This document shows positions 51,195 through 64,000 of a stretch of 64,000 bases of DNA, piece after piece. How positions within the stretch are numbered: the first letter of the stretch is position 1; every line of letters starts with the position of its first letter. Source of the DNA: Octopus vulgaris (taxonomy: Eukaryota); the NCBI GenBank assembly GCA_951406725.2, contig OX597815.1:179056001-179120000 (forward strand), given 5' to 3'. A program made the translations under genes and the position numbers. Below the pieces are notes generated by a model. It did no database searches. It was given only the letters and a program-made list of their open reading frames with translations, and had not been told where the DNA came from.

Positions 51195-54100
51195 CTTTTT
51201 ACTGAATTGACTTTCAAAGAGGAACTGAATTCAGATAACCCATTCTTAAAGAAACAACAAAAAATATCCAACAAAAATTGAGCAACAAACAAGCCACCCG
51301 CAATCATTTATAGCATAATAGTTAACAATCCCACAAACGCGTATTGTCATGCCTGCACCATGGACGGAAATCATCAGCCACATTCTGGTGCCAGACATAG
51401 CCACCCCATATCCCAAAACTACTGGCCCACCCAAAACGCAAGAGCAGCACAGGGTGATACCAGCAATGGGAGCACCCCACAGACCAAAGATTTCGAACGG
51501 GGTCACAGCGCATTCAGGAACTTTGTCCCTTTCCCGGGAACGATGAGGATACTGGACCCCCACCACACAATACTAAATTAAGAACCTTTAAACACTCATA
51601 CACACAAAACAATCCAAGAGTTCAACATCATCTTCCACTCAACCCAAATCCTTACTTTTATACGGACGGGTCATACCAACACAACAACAACCAACGTTTA
51701 CTAGCCGCAGCACAGGGAAAACGGGACACATTTTGGAACACACACAATACCAGCCAAACAACACCCAGAGACATATACACGCAAAACAAACTAAGACAAT
51801 AACATCACCATACATCCGACCCAATCCCCTACTTGTCCAGATTAGATCTTGAAACGCAGGAGAAACCGAAGGTAATTAACCTGAAGGTAATTAACCTGTC
51901 ATATGTAATTAACCTCTCATCCACAAAGATCGATGTCCTATCTAAGGGGTTAAAATTCACTCCCAACACCACGCAGAGCTAACCAAAATGAGATTAAAGA
52001 CAGTATTTCAGAATTATGTAGGAAATTAAGGTTTACAGAAGCACTGGGTGATTATAAAAGCGAAGATGATTCACTAGCCATAAACAGAAGTGAACACATC
52101 CTCCACAAAGAAAGAAAGAAAAATCTCGACGAAAATTTCCCCAACCGCGCCCTGCACAAACAAACAGTTACTTCAAATTTCAGCACCACCCAATGGAAAG
52201 AAGTAACTGAACTACAAAACAAGGAAGAAATAACAATCAATGAAGCGGATAAAGGAAGTGCAGTAGTGGTAATAGACACATTTCACTACAAAAATCTAAT
52301 AGAGTCCATACTTAATAATGACGAACGCTATGAAAGATTCAATAATTACATCCCCCCCAAATAATGAAAACCCTCTTTTCAATAATCCAAACTCACAGAA
52401 AAAATCTAAAACAAAAAAAAAAATAGACTATTTGACAAACCTTAAATGTAAATCCAGCCTTTTCTACGGTCTACCTAAAATTCACAAAAGCCAAACTATA
52501 ATAAACTAAGCCATCAAAAAATCTCTAAAGGCATACATACATACACCAGCACCAGGAGACCTAAATTTACGGCCCATTGTAGCTGGACCATCCTGTTAAA
52601 CATTGATTAAGTTGCCTCAAGGACATCCTCCTGAAACCATTTCTAAAACATATCAAGAGTCAAATTAGAGATGACTTAGATATGTTAAATCACCTTCCGG
52701 AAAGGGTCGAGGAGGAAACAATCGTGGCATCATTCGAGGTGATTAATTTATACACCAACATACCCCATAATTAATTGAATAGAAGCAATCCGTTTCTGGC
52801 TGGACAAATATCCAGAAGAAATACCAGAACAGATCAATAGAGACTTCATAATGGAATCAAATAAATTCATCCTCCAAAACAACTATTTCATGTTTAGCGC
52901 CACTGTTTATCGCCGAAAATCTGGCATTGCAATGGGAACCAAGACAGCCCCAGCCATTGCCAATCTAACAATGGGCTACTTAGAAATAACAATATCAAGA
53001 ATCATTTTCAAAATTTGGAAATCCTCTCTCCCAATACATAAAAGAAAATCGGAAAAGATTTTTGGATGACTACTTCATCTGTTGGAATGAAAACATAGAT
53101 AAGCTCCTGGAGTTCAAAAGACTTCTCAATAACATTAACACCAGCATACAATTCACAATGGAACACAACCACGAGGGACTCCCATTCCTAGATATACAAA
53201 ACCACGGACGCTAAACAATATCTATCATTTAGCTCATGTCACCCGAGACATATCAAAACAAATATTCCCTTCAACCTTGCAAAAAGGATTTGCACCATAG
53301 TATCCGAAAAAAAATACGAGAGAACTAAGATTTCAAGAGCTTAAAAACGTACTCCAGGGCAGGCACTAACCAACTCAACTCATAAATGAAGGGATTGAAC
53401 GTGCAAAATCGATTAATATTAAAACATTAAGAAAAGCCACACACAACAACACATCTATGTTGAAAGCACTACCTTATATCTCCACGTTAAACCTAAAAAA
53501 CAAAGAAGTATTTAATTTTATCGTCCAAAATCTTCCAATACTCCATAAGGACCCCAAACTTAAGGAAATTCTACGTAACCGTAAAATCATTAAGAGCAGC
53601 AAACAACCTAAGACATTAAAGAAGATCCCCACTAATGCCAGACTATTCTCTAGAACATCAGACGCAAGAGTCGAAAAGTGTGGTCGCCCTAATTGCAGAA
53701 CACGTCCCAACCTTTTGGAAGGATCGGAATCCCATTTCAGACAAGGGCAAAAATTCAAAATCAAATCTAACTTCACTTGCGCCTCCCAAAACCTTATTTA
53801 CATAATCAGATGCTCGGGCTGCTATCGAAACTATATTGGTTGTACAGGAATGTCGTTCAGACAGAGATGTATAGTCCACAGACAACAAATATCCTCCTCA
53901 CAATATTGACAAATATATCTCAGTTAACACATTGACGAATGTGCAGAGCGATCACAACCATAATTCGTAATTTTCCCATTTTATCAACTTGCTTTCTGGT
54001 CCTCACAACAAGTAAGACTGAATAAAGAAACCTCATTTATTCAAAAATATAAACCAGAATCAAATATGAAACCATATTAAAAATAAAAGACTTACTCCAT

Positions 54101-54465
54101 CTATTGTAAGATATAAGCCAGAACAAAATACAGACCAAAAATATAAATTACAAATTTACCTCTCCTTTACTGTAAAATACATGAGTGAACAATTGTGTCC
54201 CTTAGCAATATGTTTATTTCCTTAGCTTGATGAGCGATGCGAAACCGGCTCTTACTTTATGTTGAAAGAAAAAATCTTTCAAACGGTACTTGGACAAATT
54301 CCTTCAGGAAATACCGGATGAACCACCTACACATGGATACGTCTCAACCAACAACTCTCTGCTAGAGTGATTCATTGTCTCCCGAAATAATTAACTAAAA
54401 GACTTTTCCAGGTGATGCTATTGAGTTAGTCATAGCCTGGGCCGATGATGGCCGAAACCAATCAA
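51195..54465 (+). mobile_element. Decayed Penelope-like element (Neptune-like): RT plus Cys linker plus GIY-YIG
   Basis: FYGLPKIHK (about 52465), LRPIVAG, GIAMGTKTAPAIANLTMGYLE, FLDD, LPFLDI, KCGRPNCRT, NLIYIIRCSGCYRNYIGCTG; many frameshifts; degenerate HHR-like motifs near 54227 and 54442. Boundaries approximate. Confidence 0.9.
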
Positions 54466-54469
54466 AGTT

Positions 54470-54905
54470 GAAGTCCTGGAAATAATTAAGCCCTGGATAG
54501 ACAATGTCTGCAATGGAAGGTCATGTATGTTTCAGTATTAGCCCGCACTATCACACATGGCTCTAGTAACACAGGAATGGATGGCTGAAAATTTTCTTGA
54601 TCACACAACCCCTAACATTTGGCCTCCTAATTCCCATGATCTCAATCCAGTGGACTATTACATGTGGAGCGTTATTGAAAGAGCGGTCAATGAACGCGCT
54701 CATAACACCAGAGATTCTTTGAAAGCTGCCATAGTCAGAGTAATGTCCAAAATGAATCAGGACCACTTGATTTCAGCATGTAGATAATTTTGATTTCATA
54801 TAGAAGCAGTTGTTGAAGCTGAAGGTGGCTTTATGGAATAACATTATAGAAAAGAAGGTTTATTTTTGTCCTTATAGCACTTTTTGATAAAGTTATTACC
54901 TGCTA
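54470..54905 (+). mobile_element. maT/DD37D-like mariner transposase C-terminal remnant
   Basis: WPPNSHDLNPVDYYMWSVIE...SLKAAI...IEAVVEAEGGFME*. Confidence 0.8.
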
Positions 54906-54907
54906 TT

Positions 54908-54977
<70 letters not shown>

Positions 54978-55056
54978 TTATAAGCACTAATCTGTCCTCA
55001 GATATCTTACGCACCCTGTATATATATGTATATATAAATATATATATTTATTTTGT

Positions 55057-55250
55057 GTATACCGTTGGCGATTTTTTTCCACTGTCTTCCCTTCTCTGGA
55101 TCTTTCCTTCTCCTATGTTTCCGACGAAGAGCTCCGCTCGAAACGTTAAACCCTCCTTCTTTCCTTCTTTCCTGAGCGTCCAATAATACTATATTTGTTC
55201 CACGTCCTCGCGTTGTTGTGTTTTTTTGTGCGTTCTTGTTTGGATTAACT
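55057..55250 (+). mobile_element. Solo PLE pLTR-like fragment with near-intact minimal HHR
   Basis: GTTT-CCGACGA-A-GAGC(TCC)GCTC-GAAAC-GTT-AAAC; followed by a long (TA)n. Confidence 0.7.
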
Positions 55251-55302
55251 ATATATATATATACATATATATACACATATATATATATATGTATATATAT
55301 AA

Positions 55303-55456
<154 letters not shown>

Positions 55457-55660
55457 ATATATACATATATATAACAAAAAGTAAGTTAAGGGTTATGGGT
55501 GTAACCCACTAAGGGGTAGTATTTATCCAATATACTGTTGGTAAAGTACCCAAATTCATAATACATAAATGTGTTTAATTGCAATAAATGAATAAATTTC
55601 AACATTCTAATATCCGAAAGTTGATGAACAAACTAAATTGTTTCTCCATTTTCTTATTTG

Positions 55661-55707
<47 letters not shown>

Positions 55708-55942
55708 AGGGGCTTCTTTCAGTTTCCGTCTACCAAATCCACTCACAAGGCTTTGGTCGGTCCGAAGCTATAGTAGAAGACACTTGCCCAAGGTGCCACG
55801 CAGTGGAACTGAACCCGGAACCCCGTGAACCCCGTGGCTGGTAAGCAAGCTACTTACCACACAGCCACTCCTGCGCCATCTATCTATGTCTTTATAAATA
55901 TGGGGAGAGAGGCAGAGAGCGAGCGAGCGAGCGAGTAAGCAA

Positions 55943-55988
<46 letters not shown>

Positions 55989-56003
55989 AAGAGAGAAAGA
56001 GAG

Positions 56004-56034
<31 letters not shown>

Positions 56035-58017
56035 TGACTAATAAAAACAAGTCTCCCTCTTCAGTGTTGATAATGACCTTGAATTAATTGAATTTCGTTA
56101 AACTGAAATACGTAAGAGATTTTGGGTCGTAATCAACTCACCAATCAATAACCATTTTGTATTTCTGTTGCCAAATGCCATATTTAGATGTGATGATGCC
56201 CCACACATTCCTCAAAGCTATATTTGGGCTAAGATTCTGGCATTGTGAAACTTGGGAGTCAAACTGGGGAGGGGTTCGTTGTTTTTGCTAGTTTACCGTC
56301 GCCGCCGCCATAACCACCACCACCACCATCACCAATACAAGCCCCCCCTGCCTTCCCCCTTTTCTCCTCATCGTTTCCAGTTCTGTCACTTCGTGTTTAT
56401 TCTATGTCAACTTTCTACTCGTCCATTGCTTTCCTCCGAGTTTTTTTTTTAATTGAGTTGGCCAACACAACTACGTAATGTCACACACACACAGACACAC
56501 ACACACACACACACGCACACCACACACACATACACACACACACACACACACTTTCTCTGTGTCTCTCTGTCTATCTGACTCTCTCTCACACACACATCCG
56601 AGGCCAAATTAATTCTTCCAGGATATCTCGTCAGAATCCATATGGCAGTAAACAAATTGCTCTGTGCTTTCTTGTCACATCCTATACATTCTGAGTTCAA
56701 TTTCCACTCAAGCCCATCTTTGGATCGATCAAATCAATGGTTTTCATATGGGGCTCATATAACCTTTGGGGGTCCACGTAAGATTTTGCTGTTAATATTT
56801 ATCGGGAATAAATTTGCTATATTTCTACAGTTCATAAAATATTGTAACTAGGCGCAGGAGTGGCTGTGTGGTAAGGAGCTTGCTTCCCAACCACATGGTT
56901 CTGGGTTCAGTCCCACTGCATGGCACCTTGGGCAAGTGTCTTCTACTATAGCCTCGGGCCAACCAAAGGCTTGTGAGTGGATTTAGTAGACAAAAACTGA
57001 AAGAAGCCCGTCATTTATATATATATATTGTGTGTGTCTGTGTTTGTTCCTTCATCGCCTGACAACCGATGCTGGTGTGTTTACGTCCCTGTAAATTAAT
57101 GGTTCGGCAAAAGAAACCGATACAATAAGTACTAGGCTTACAAAGAATAAACCCTGGAGCCGATTTGTTCGATTAAAGGCGGTGCCCCAGCATGGCTGCA
57201 GTCAAAACTAAAAGATACAATTCCAAATAATAATTAATTATAAAAATATATATATTTTACTTGTTTCAGCCATTTGACTGCGGCCATGCCAGGGCATCGC
57301 ATCCAAGGAGTTTTAGTCGAGCAAATTGACTCCAGGACTGACTTATTGTTTTAAAGCCGGGTACTCATTCTATCGATCTCTTTTGCCGAACGGCTAAGTT
57401 ACGGCGACATAAACACACCAATAGCGATTGTTAAGCGGTAGTTGGGGACAAATGCATACATACATACTATAGCTTCAGGCTGACCAAAGCCTTGAGAGTG
57501 GAATTGGTAGAAGGAAACTGAAAGAAGCTTGCCGTACATATATAAATATACGACAAGCTTCTATATATATATGCAGTTGCTTAAAGGATAAGTTAACCTC
57601 GTAAAAGGATGGTTGCATCCAAGGAAATATTGGTTTTACAATCTAGTAATTTTGGGAAATGGAATTTCTTTAAATCAACAGTATATATTAAGAATAAAGT
57701 TCCTGTTTAATTAAATGAAAGAAAGCAAATGGAGATTTTAGATAATGATAATTCATTATTAAAAAAATTTATAACCATTACTTCTCACAGCCGTTTCCAT
57801 TAGTGCTCGATAGGCAAATTACAAATGTGTGCTTTAAATTTGCATTTATAGGTTATGAGCATAATTTCATCAGAGAAAGATATACATTAAAATATTACAT
57901 GTGGACCTTTCAGTTCATGCAAGCGGACTCCTTAGTGGGACTGAACCCGGGACCATGTGACTGGGAAGCAAGCTTCTTACCACACAGCCATTCCTGCGCC
58001 TATATGTATTTATGTAT

Positions 58018-58248
58018 AAGGCGGCGAGCTGGCAGAGACGTTAGCACGCCGGGCGAGGTGCTTCGCGGTATTTCGCCCGTCGCTACGATCTGAGTTCAAA
58101 TTCCGCCGAGGTCGACTTTGCCTTTCATCCTTTCGGGGTCGATAAATTAAGTACCAGTTACGCACTGGGGCTGATGTAATCGACTTAATCCGTTTGTCTG
58201 TCCTTGTTTGTCCCCTCTATGTTTAGCCCCTTGTGGGTAGTAAAGAAA
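58018..58248 (+). mobile_element. Full SINE B
   Basis: AAGGCGGCGAGCTGGCAGA...CTTTCATCCTTTCGGGGTCGATAAATTAAGTACC...GTGGGTAGTAAAGAAA. Confidence 0.9.
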
Positions 58249-58465
58249 CATATATGTATGTTTAGAATAAATGAATATAGGTTATGGATAAAAACAGAAT
58301 TTCATGAATCGTCAAGTAAAAAAAAAAAATTATAATTGAATTTGATAAAAAACGTGGAGAAAATGTTGGCAACATTGTGACGTTGATGATGTTGATAGGG
58401 ACAAATGGCTCGGGCGTTGATGCTTCTCATGAGGCAGCGCGATGTTGTCGATCCATATCGCAATG

Positions 58466-58529
<64 letters not shown>

Positions 58530-58561
58530 ATAATAATAATAATAATAATAAATAGCACTCT

Positions 58562-58734
58562 AGGGCGCAGGAGTGGCTGTGTGGTAAGTAGCTTGTTTAC
58601 CAACCACATGGTTCCGGGTTCAGTCCCACTGCGTTGCACCTTGGGCAAGTGTCTTCTACGATAGCCTCGGGCCGACCAAAGCCTTGTGAGTGGATTTGGT
58701 AGACGGAAACTGAAAGAAGCCCGTCGTATATATG

Positions 58735-58771
<37 letters not shown>

Positions 58772-58990
58772 TTGTGTGTCTGTGTTTGTCCCCCTAGCAT
58801 TGCTTGACAACCGATGCTGGTGTGTTTATGTCCCCGTTACTTAGCGGTTCGACAAAAAGAGACCGATAGAATAAGTATTGGGCTTACAAAAGAATAAGTC
58901 CCGGGGTCGAGTTGCTTGATTAAAGGCGGTGCTCCAGCATGTCCGCAGTCAAATGACTGAAACAAGTAAAAGAGTAAAAGAGTAAAGAGA
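58562..58990 (+). mobile_element. Full SINE A (best-preserved copy)
   Basis: Complete head, CCTTGGGCAAG body, (TA)(TG) tract, AGTAAAAG x3 tail; other copies at 39624, 46158, 55708, 56849 and 62645. Confidence 0.92.
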
Positions 58991-58991
58991 G

Positions 58992-59310
58992 TCCGTCGTT
59001 TGCGACGACGAGTGTTCCAGTTGACCTGATCAATGGAACAGCCTGCTCACGAAATTAACGTGCTAGTGGCTGAATACTCCACAGACACACGTCCCCTTAA
59101 TGTAGTTCCCAGGGAGATTCAGCATGACACAGAATGTGACAAGGCTGGCACCTTTGAATTACGGGTACAACTCATTTTTGCCAGCTGAGTGCACTGGAGC
59201 AACATGCAATAAAGAGTCTTGCCCAAGGACACAATGCACCAATGGGAATTGAACTCACGGCCTTACGATAGGGAACCGATTACCCAAACCACTAAACCAC
59301 GCGCCTTCAC
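58992..59310 (-). mobile_element. tRNA-derived SINE with Nin/Deu-like body
   Basis: Head GAAGGCGCGTGGTTTAGTGG...GAGTTCAATTCC; body shared with 34383-34570. Confidence 0.75.
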
Positions 59311-59364
59311 ACTACTTCTACTACCACTACCTCTACTACTACTACTACTACTACTACTACCACT

Positions 59365-59417
<53 letters not shown>

Positions 59418-59432
59418 CACTACCACCACCAT

Positions 59433-59474
<42 letters not shown>

Positions 59475-59531
59475 CACTACTACTACTACCGCCACCATTA
59501 CTACTACTACTACTGCTACCCCCACCCCACC

Positions 59532-59562
<31 letters not shown>

Positions 59563-59575
59563 CACTGCTGCTGCT
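59311..59575. repeat. (CTA)n/(CCA)n trinucleotide microsatellite
   Basis: Direct inspection. Confidence 0.95.
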
Positions 59576-60219
59576 GTTTGTAATCTTTTGGGTTATTTTC
59601 TCGTCTTTTGTGAACCAAATGTAAACTAACAAACAAAATTTCATTTCTTGGTAAAATTTATTCATTTCGATGGAAGCAACATCGGACAGTCCTGAAAACT
59701 TTGTACGCGTCTTCCACATCTTTGCCCATTTCATTAATTCGTCGTTATGTTATATTATTGCTGAAAGGAATGTTATTGATAATGTCAGTGGCTGGCATGT
59801 TCAACACGCTACGTTAAAACCTGACAAACGGCTGACAAGATTAATTCGGTGCCAATAGTATGTGACTTTCTGGATTTAGAATTCAGTCGTAAAATTTTGA
59901 AAGATGCACGTAACACATCCTCTTGCATTGATGCAAATGGATGCATTCTTGACAGTGTCGGCTGTTTGCAAAATTATCCTTGAAATGTTTTAAAATATAA
60001 TAAATCTTTAAATCTTTATTTGTTTTGTCATCATGAATTTTTTAAAGTGTTCTGCTAATCCTGAGGGTTTCTCAGTCCAAATATGCTATTTGGTAACTCT
60101 TGCTTGGGAGTGACGGAGTACCCAGCCATAGCTTTAATATTTGACACTTTATCGTAGACATTTATTCTTTGTTGATACCATGATCGTGTCTATAAAATAT
60201 ATTATAGATGTATGAAGTA

Positions 60220-61537
60220 CTAGCTGTTGGACCCAGCGTTGCTTGTGTTTTCCGTGTTGAAGTTAAGCCCACCTCTGACCTTGTATTGAAATCTTCTACG
60301 TTCCCCGCGCTAACTATTACCCATTAAGATGTTATATCCTGTTCGGCAGGGATTTTACCCGGTTAACGCTTTCGACATACTCGTACATACTGGATCGTCT
60401 GAAATCGCAGTCAAACTTTTGGGTGTACCTCGACCCGTTGGGAGTGATGATTGTTTATTTCTCTCCCCGTAATGCTACCCTCTATACAAAATTAATCAGT
60501 GTGTCCAATCTCAGCAAAATCCGAAGAAAAGTGTTAAGGTTATGTCATAAAATAGACTCCATATGACCATTTACATAGAAATATCCCATTGACTTTTAAA
60601 TCCCAATACATTATATGAATAATCGATGTTTCATATGTCGAAGTGCTTAATTTTACTCATGGGTCAATTTTCTTCAAAATCAGTTCATTATTTTATTGTG
60701 ATTGAATTTTGATGATTTCTTCCTTTCACCAGTTTAATTCTACTACATGACTCCGACCATAAACTTTACCTAAATGTCAAATTTCATCAAAATCGGATGA
60801 ATTCTGCAAAACTTACAGCATAATATATATATTATATTATCCTATGAGTAATTGCATACAAAAAGCCTACTGATTTCTTAAAATCCCCCGCTCACGCGCA
60901 ATTATCGATTTTTTTGTCAACTCTTCATGCTGGCATCAACTAATGGACATGAACTGTAATCAAGTGTAAAAATTCTACAAAATAGATAAGAATGTCTCTA
61001 TGGAAATGCGTATTTGCATTTGTGCCCTTTTCAATTAAATAAACACCTTTACCGTCTCCCCCACGACAGAATTGATCTACATCTCAAATTTCATTAAAAT
61101 CGGATAAAAAATATAAAAGTTACGGCCCAAAACAAAATCCTTATGGATATTTGCACGCAAAAGCCTATTGATTTTATAAAGCCATTGCTCAAGCGCAATT
61201 ATCAATGTTTTGTCAACGCCATATACTGACATCAACTCACTGCCATGAGTCTCGCTCACTCATCGATTTTCATCAAAATCGGACAGAAATGCAAAAGCTG
61301 CAGGAAAAATAACATCGTTATGGGAATTTCCATTTAAACGCCCGATTGAGCTCACAAAAATCGATGCCAACTGAGCATTATCATTTTTTCGAAAAATTCC
61401 GGCCTTATTTGATCTTCAGGGCATGTGATCTACCTATGTACCAAAAATCATTAGATTCGGTTGGACGATGTGGGAGTAGTTAGAGTAACTCCAAACACAC
61501 ACACAGACAAACACCATTACACATTTATGTATATAGA
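60220..61537 (-). mobile_element. Non-autonomous Helitron with internal diverged tandem repeats
   Basis: Minus start TCTATATACATAAA...CTAACTACTCCCACAT (shared with 40241 element), end ...GCAACGCTGGGTCCAACAGCTAG|T; recurring TTTCATCAAAATCGGA. Confidence 0.7.
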
Positions 61538-62863
61538 CTATGATTAATATTTTTTCATCTCAAGACGGCGAGCTGGTAGAAGCATTAATACTCCGGGCTA
61601 AATGTTAAGCAGTATTTCGTCTGTCTTTACGTTCTGAGTTCAAATTCCGCCGAGGTCGACTTTGCCTTTCATCCTTTCGGTGTCGATTAAATAAGTACCA
61701 GTTGTGTACTGGTGTCGATCTAATCAACTGGCCCTCACCACCCCAAAAATTTCGGACCTTGTGCCCTGAGTAGAAAAGAATATTTCTTCATATTGTTAAT
61801 ACGGCAAGTTGCCAGAATCTTCTTCAAACTGGCAAAGGTTTAGCACTATTTCTTCTGGCTTTACGTTTTGAGTTCAAATATCGCCAAAATCGACTTTGCC
61901 TTTCATTTTTTCGGGGTCGATAAAATAAGTTCCAGTTGAGCCCTGGGTTCAATGTAATCGACTTACCCACATCCCTAAAATAGATGTCTTTGAGCCCAAA
62001 TTTGAAGCTACTACTTTTTATATTATTCATTAAATAAGATCGAAACATCGCAGTGCTTGCCACTGACGATAGTTTTACGGGCTATTAATAACGGCTTCAA
62101 ATCTTGGCACAGGGCTTGCAGTTTTTGAGGGGAGGAGGAAATAGATTGCATCGACTCCAGCGCTTGACTAATACTAATAATTACGGGAAACTAATAACAT
62201 GCACTTTTGTGCCTCCACACTTCTTGCCGTCTAATGCTTTACCACCAATTGTCTTGCAGTGTCTCTCGTGAGCCACCCAGCATCGACGAGGCGGCGTGAG
62301 CAGCTACCCAGTAGATCCGTGTCATACACAATCTTTTTCCAATGAAATAAAGCAATACGCAGTCTTATGTAATCCATATCTGAATACATAATTACTACTA
62401 ATAATATGAGGCCCGCAGATTCCATGCAGCTTAGACTCTGTACAATCAGCAATCAACATTAAAACGTACAACTGATACAATACATACGAAACGCAATTAG
62501 CCAATAAAATAACACAATTCACATATTACATACTTTGAATAACAAACGACTCAAACACGTAAACAAATGTAACAGGAGAACGCATAAACAGATGTAAATC
62601 GCCGTATAAATAATATAAAAAAATATCAATGATATTTCATATACTCTTTCACTCTTTCACTTGTTTCAATCATTTGACTGTGACCATGCTGGAGCACTGC
62701 CTTTAGTCGAGCAAATCGACCCCAGGACTTATTCTTTGTAAGCATAGTACTTATTCTATCGGTCTCTTTTGCCGAACCGCTAAGTTACGGGGTCGTAAAC
62801 ACACCAGCATCGGTTGTCAAGCGATGTTGGGGGGACAAACACAGACACATAAACACATACACA

Positions 62864-62916
<53 letters not shown>

Positions 62917-63229
62917 GACGGGCATCTTTCAGTTTCCGTCTACCAAATCCACTCACAAGGCTTTCGTCAGCCCGAGGCTAAGACACTTGCCCGAGGTGCC
63001 GCGCAGTGGGAATGAACCCGGAACCATGTGGTTTGTAAGCAAACTACTTACCACACAGACACAATCATGGCATCAGCAAAGAGGAATTGTCTGCGATAAA
63101 GTGTCAAATATAAAAGTTGTGGCTGGGTATTCCGTCACTTTCAAGCACGATTTACCAAATGGTATATTTGAACTCAGGATTAACAGAACACTTTAAAAAA
63201 TTCGTGATGACAAAACATTCTTTACATAT

Positions 63230-63995
63230 TTTACATAAACAGATGAAACACACAAACCGATATCGCATAGAAACACTATTTTACACCGTAGAGTCAAGTA
63301 GAGTGCGTGACCTGGGGTTTGATATGAGCAACGACGCCTCGTTTCATGTACATATCACTAAGATGGTAGCAATATGCAGGCGAATGACTAGATGGATTCT
63401 GAAAATCTTCAAGATAAGGGACCAAGAAACTATACGGGTTCTACGGAGGACATTTCTCCTCAGCCATCCGAGTAACTGCTCTCAATTGTGGTCACCCCAC
63501 AGTGTCAGATTAATAGTGAAACTTGAGACAGTTCAGCAGTGCTGCACAATGGAACAACTGAGCAACTGAGAGAGGCTGAAAGAGTTGGTTGCGATTCTAT
63601 TCCTTGGAACGAAGAAAGGAGAGATATGCGGTGATATACATATGAAAGATCTGAGGAGGTTTGGCACCAAACTTTGGACGTCAATGCAATGTTGCAAAGG
63701 TCCCAAACATTCCATCGAGAGCGAAGACCATGTACGGCAATAGCTTGGAATTCAAATACCCACTGTTATGTAATACCACACTAAAACATTTGTGAGATGG
63801 ACATGGAGTAGGGCGAGATGTCTTTAAGAAACAACTTGATCTGCTGTTCAAGGTCCCAGATGAGCCTACATGACGACAAGAAGCTCATAAGAAGGTAGTA
63901 ATATCGATCTCTCCCTTTCACCAAAAGTCATTGAAAAGGTGATCATACTGGTGACGTGACGTTCCAGCATGGCCACAACATTTGGGCTGAATCAC
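63230..63995 (+). mobile_element. CR1-type LINE RT C-terminal remnant
   Basis: VRDLGFDMSNDASFHVHI...WILKIFKIRD...NCSQLWSPH...KLETVQ. Confidence 0.8.
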
Positions 63996-64000
63996 TTAAA

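Noticed and set aside
57595-57925. Further Tc1/mariner-like relics (also 26550-26760, 37230-37440, 43690-44640, 46690-47150, 59580-60200)
   Set aside because: Too degraded to define motifs or boundaries by eye.

Overview
AT-rich, microsatellite-dense eukaryotic DNA. The SINE families and overall repeat landscape look like an octopod cephalopod (Octopus-like); this is recognition from memory, not a database result. One intact protein-coding gene is supported: a 3-exon minus-strand IQCG/DRC9-like gene (CDS 43016-42857, 39431-38888, 24322-23836; 396 aa, GT-AG sites, phases 1 and 2 match). The rest is mostly mobile-element debris: several tRNA-derived SINE families, a deleted Tx1/L1-like LINE, CR1-type LINE ends, Tc1/mariner remnants, two non-autonomous Helitrons and at least two Penelope-like elements (PLEs). 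The most striking unexplained signal is a recurring architecture of long inverted repeats plus type I hammerhead-ribozyme (HHR) cores, usually inserted into (TA)n tracts that often belong to a SINE. The best candidate for something new is a short element (34917-35286) joining a tRNA-like Pol III head to a PLE-type HHR tail with a PLE-style inverted end, i.e. a possible Penelope-mobilised ribozyme SINE. A second SINE family shares its 3' tail with the Tx1-like LINE. Most ORFs in the supplied track are microsatellite or SINE artefacts.
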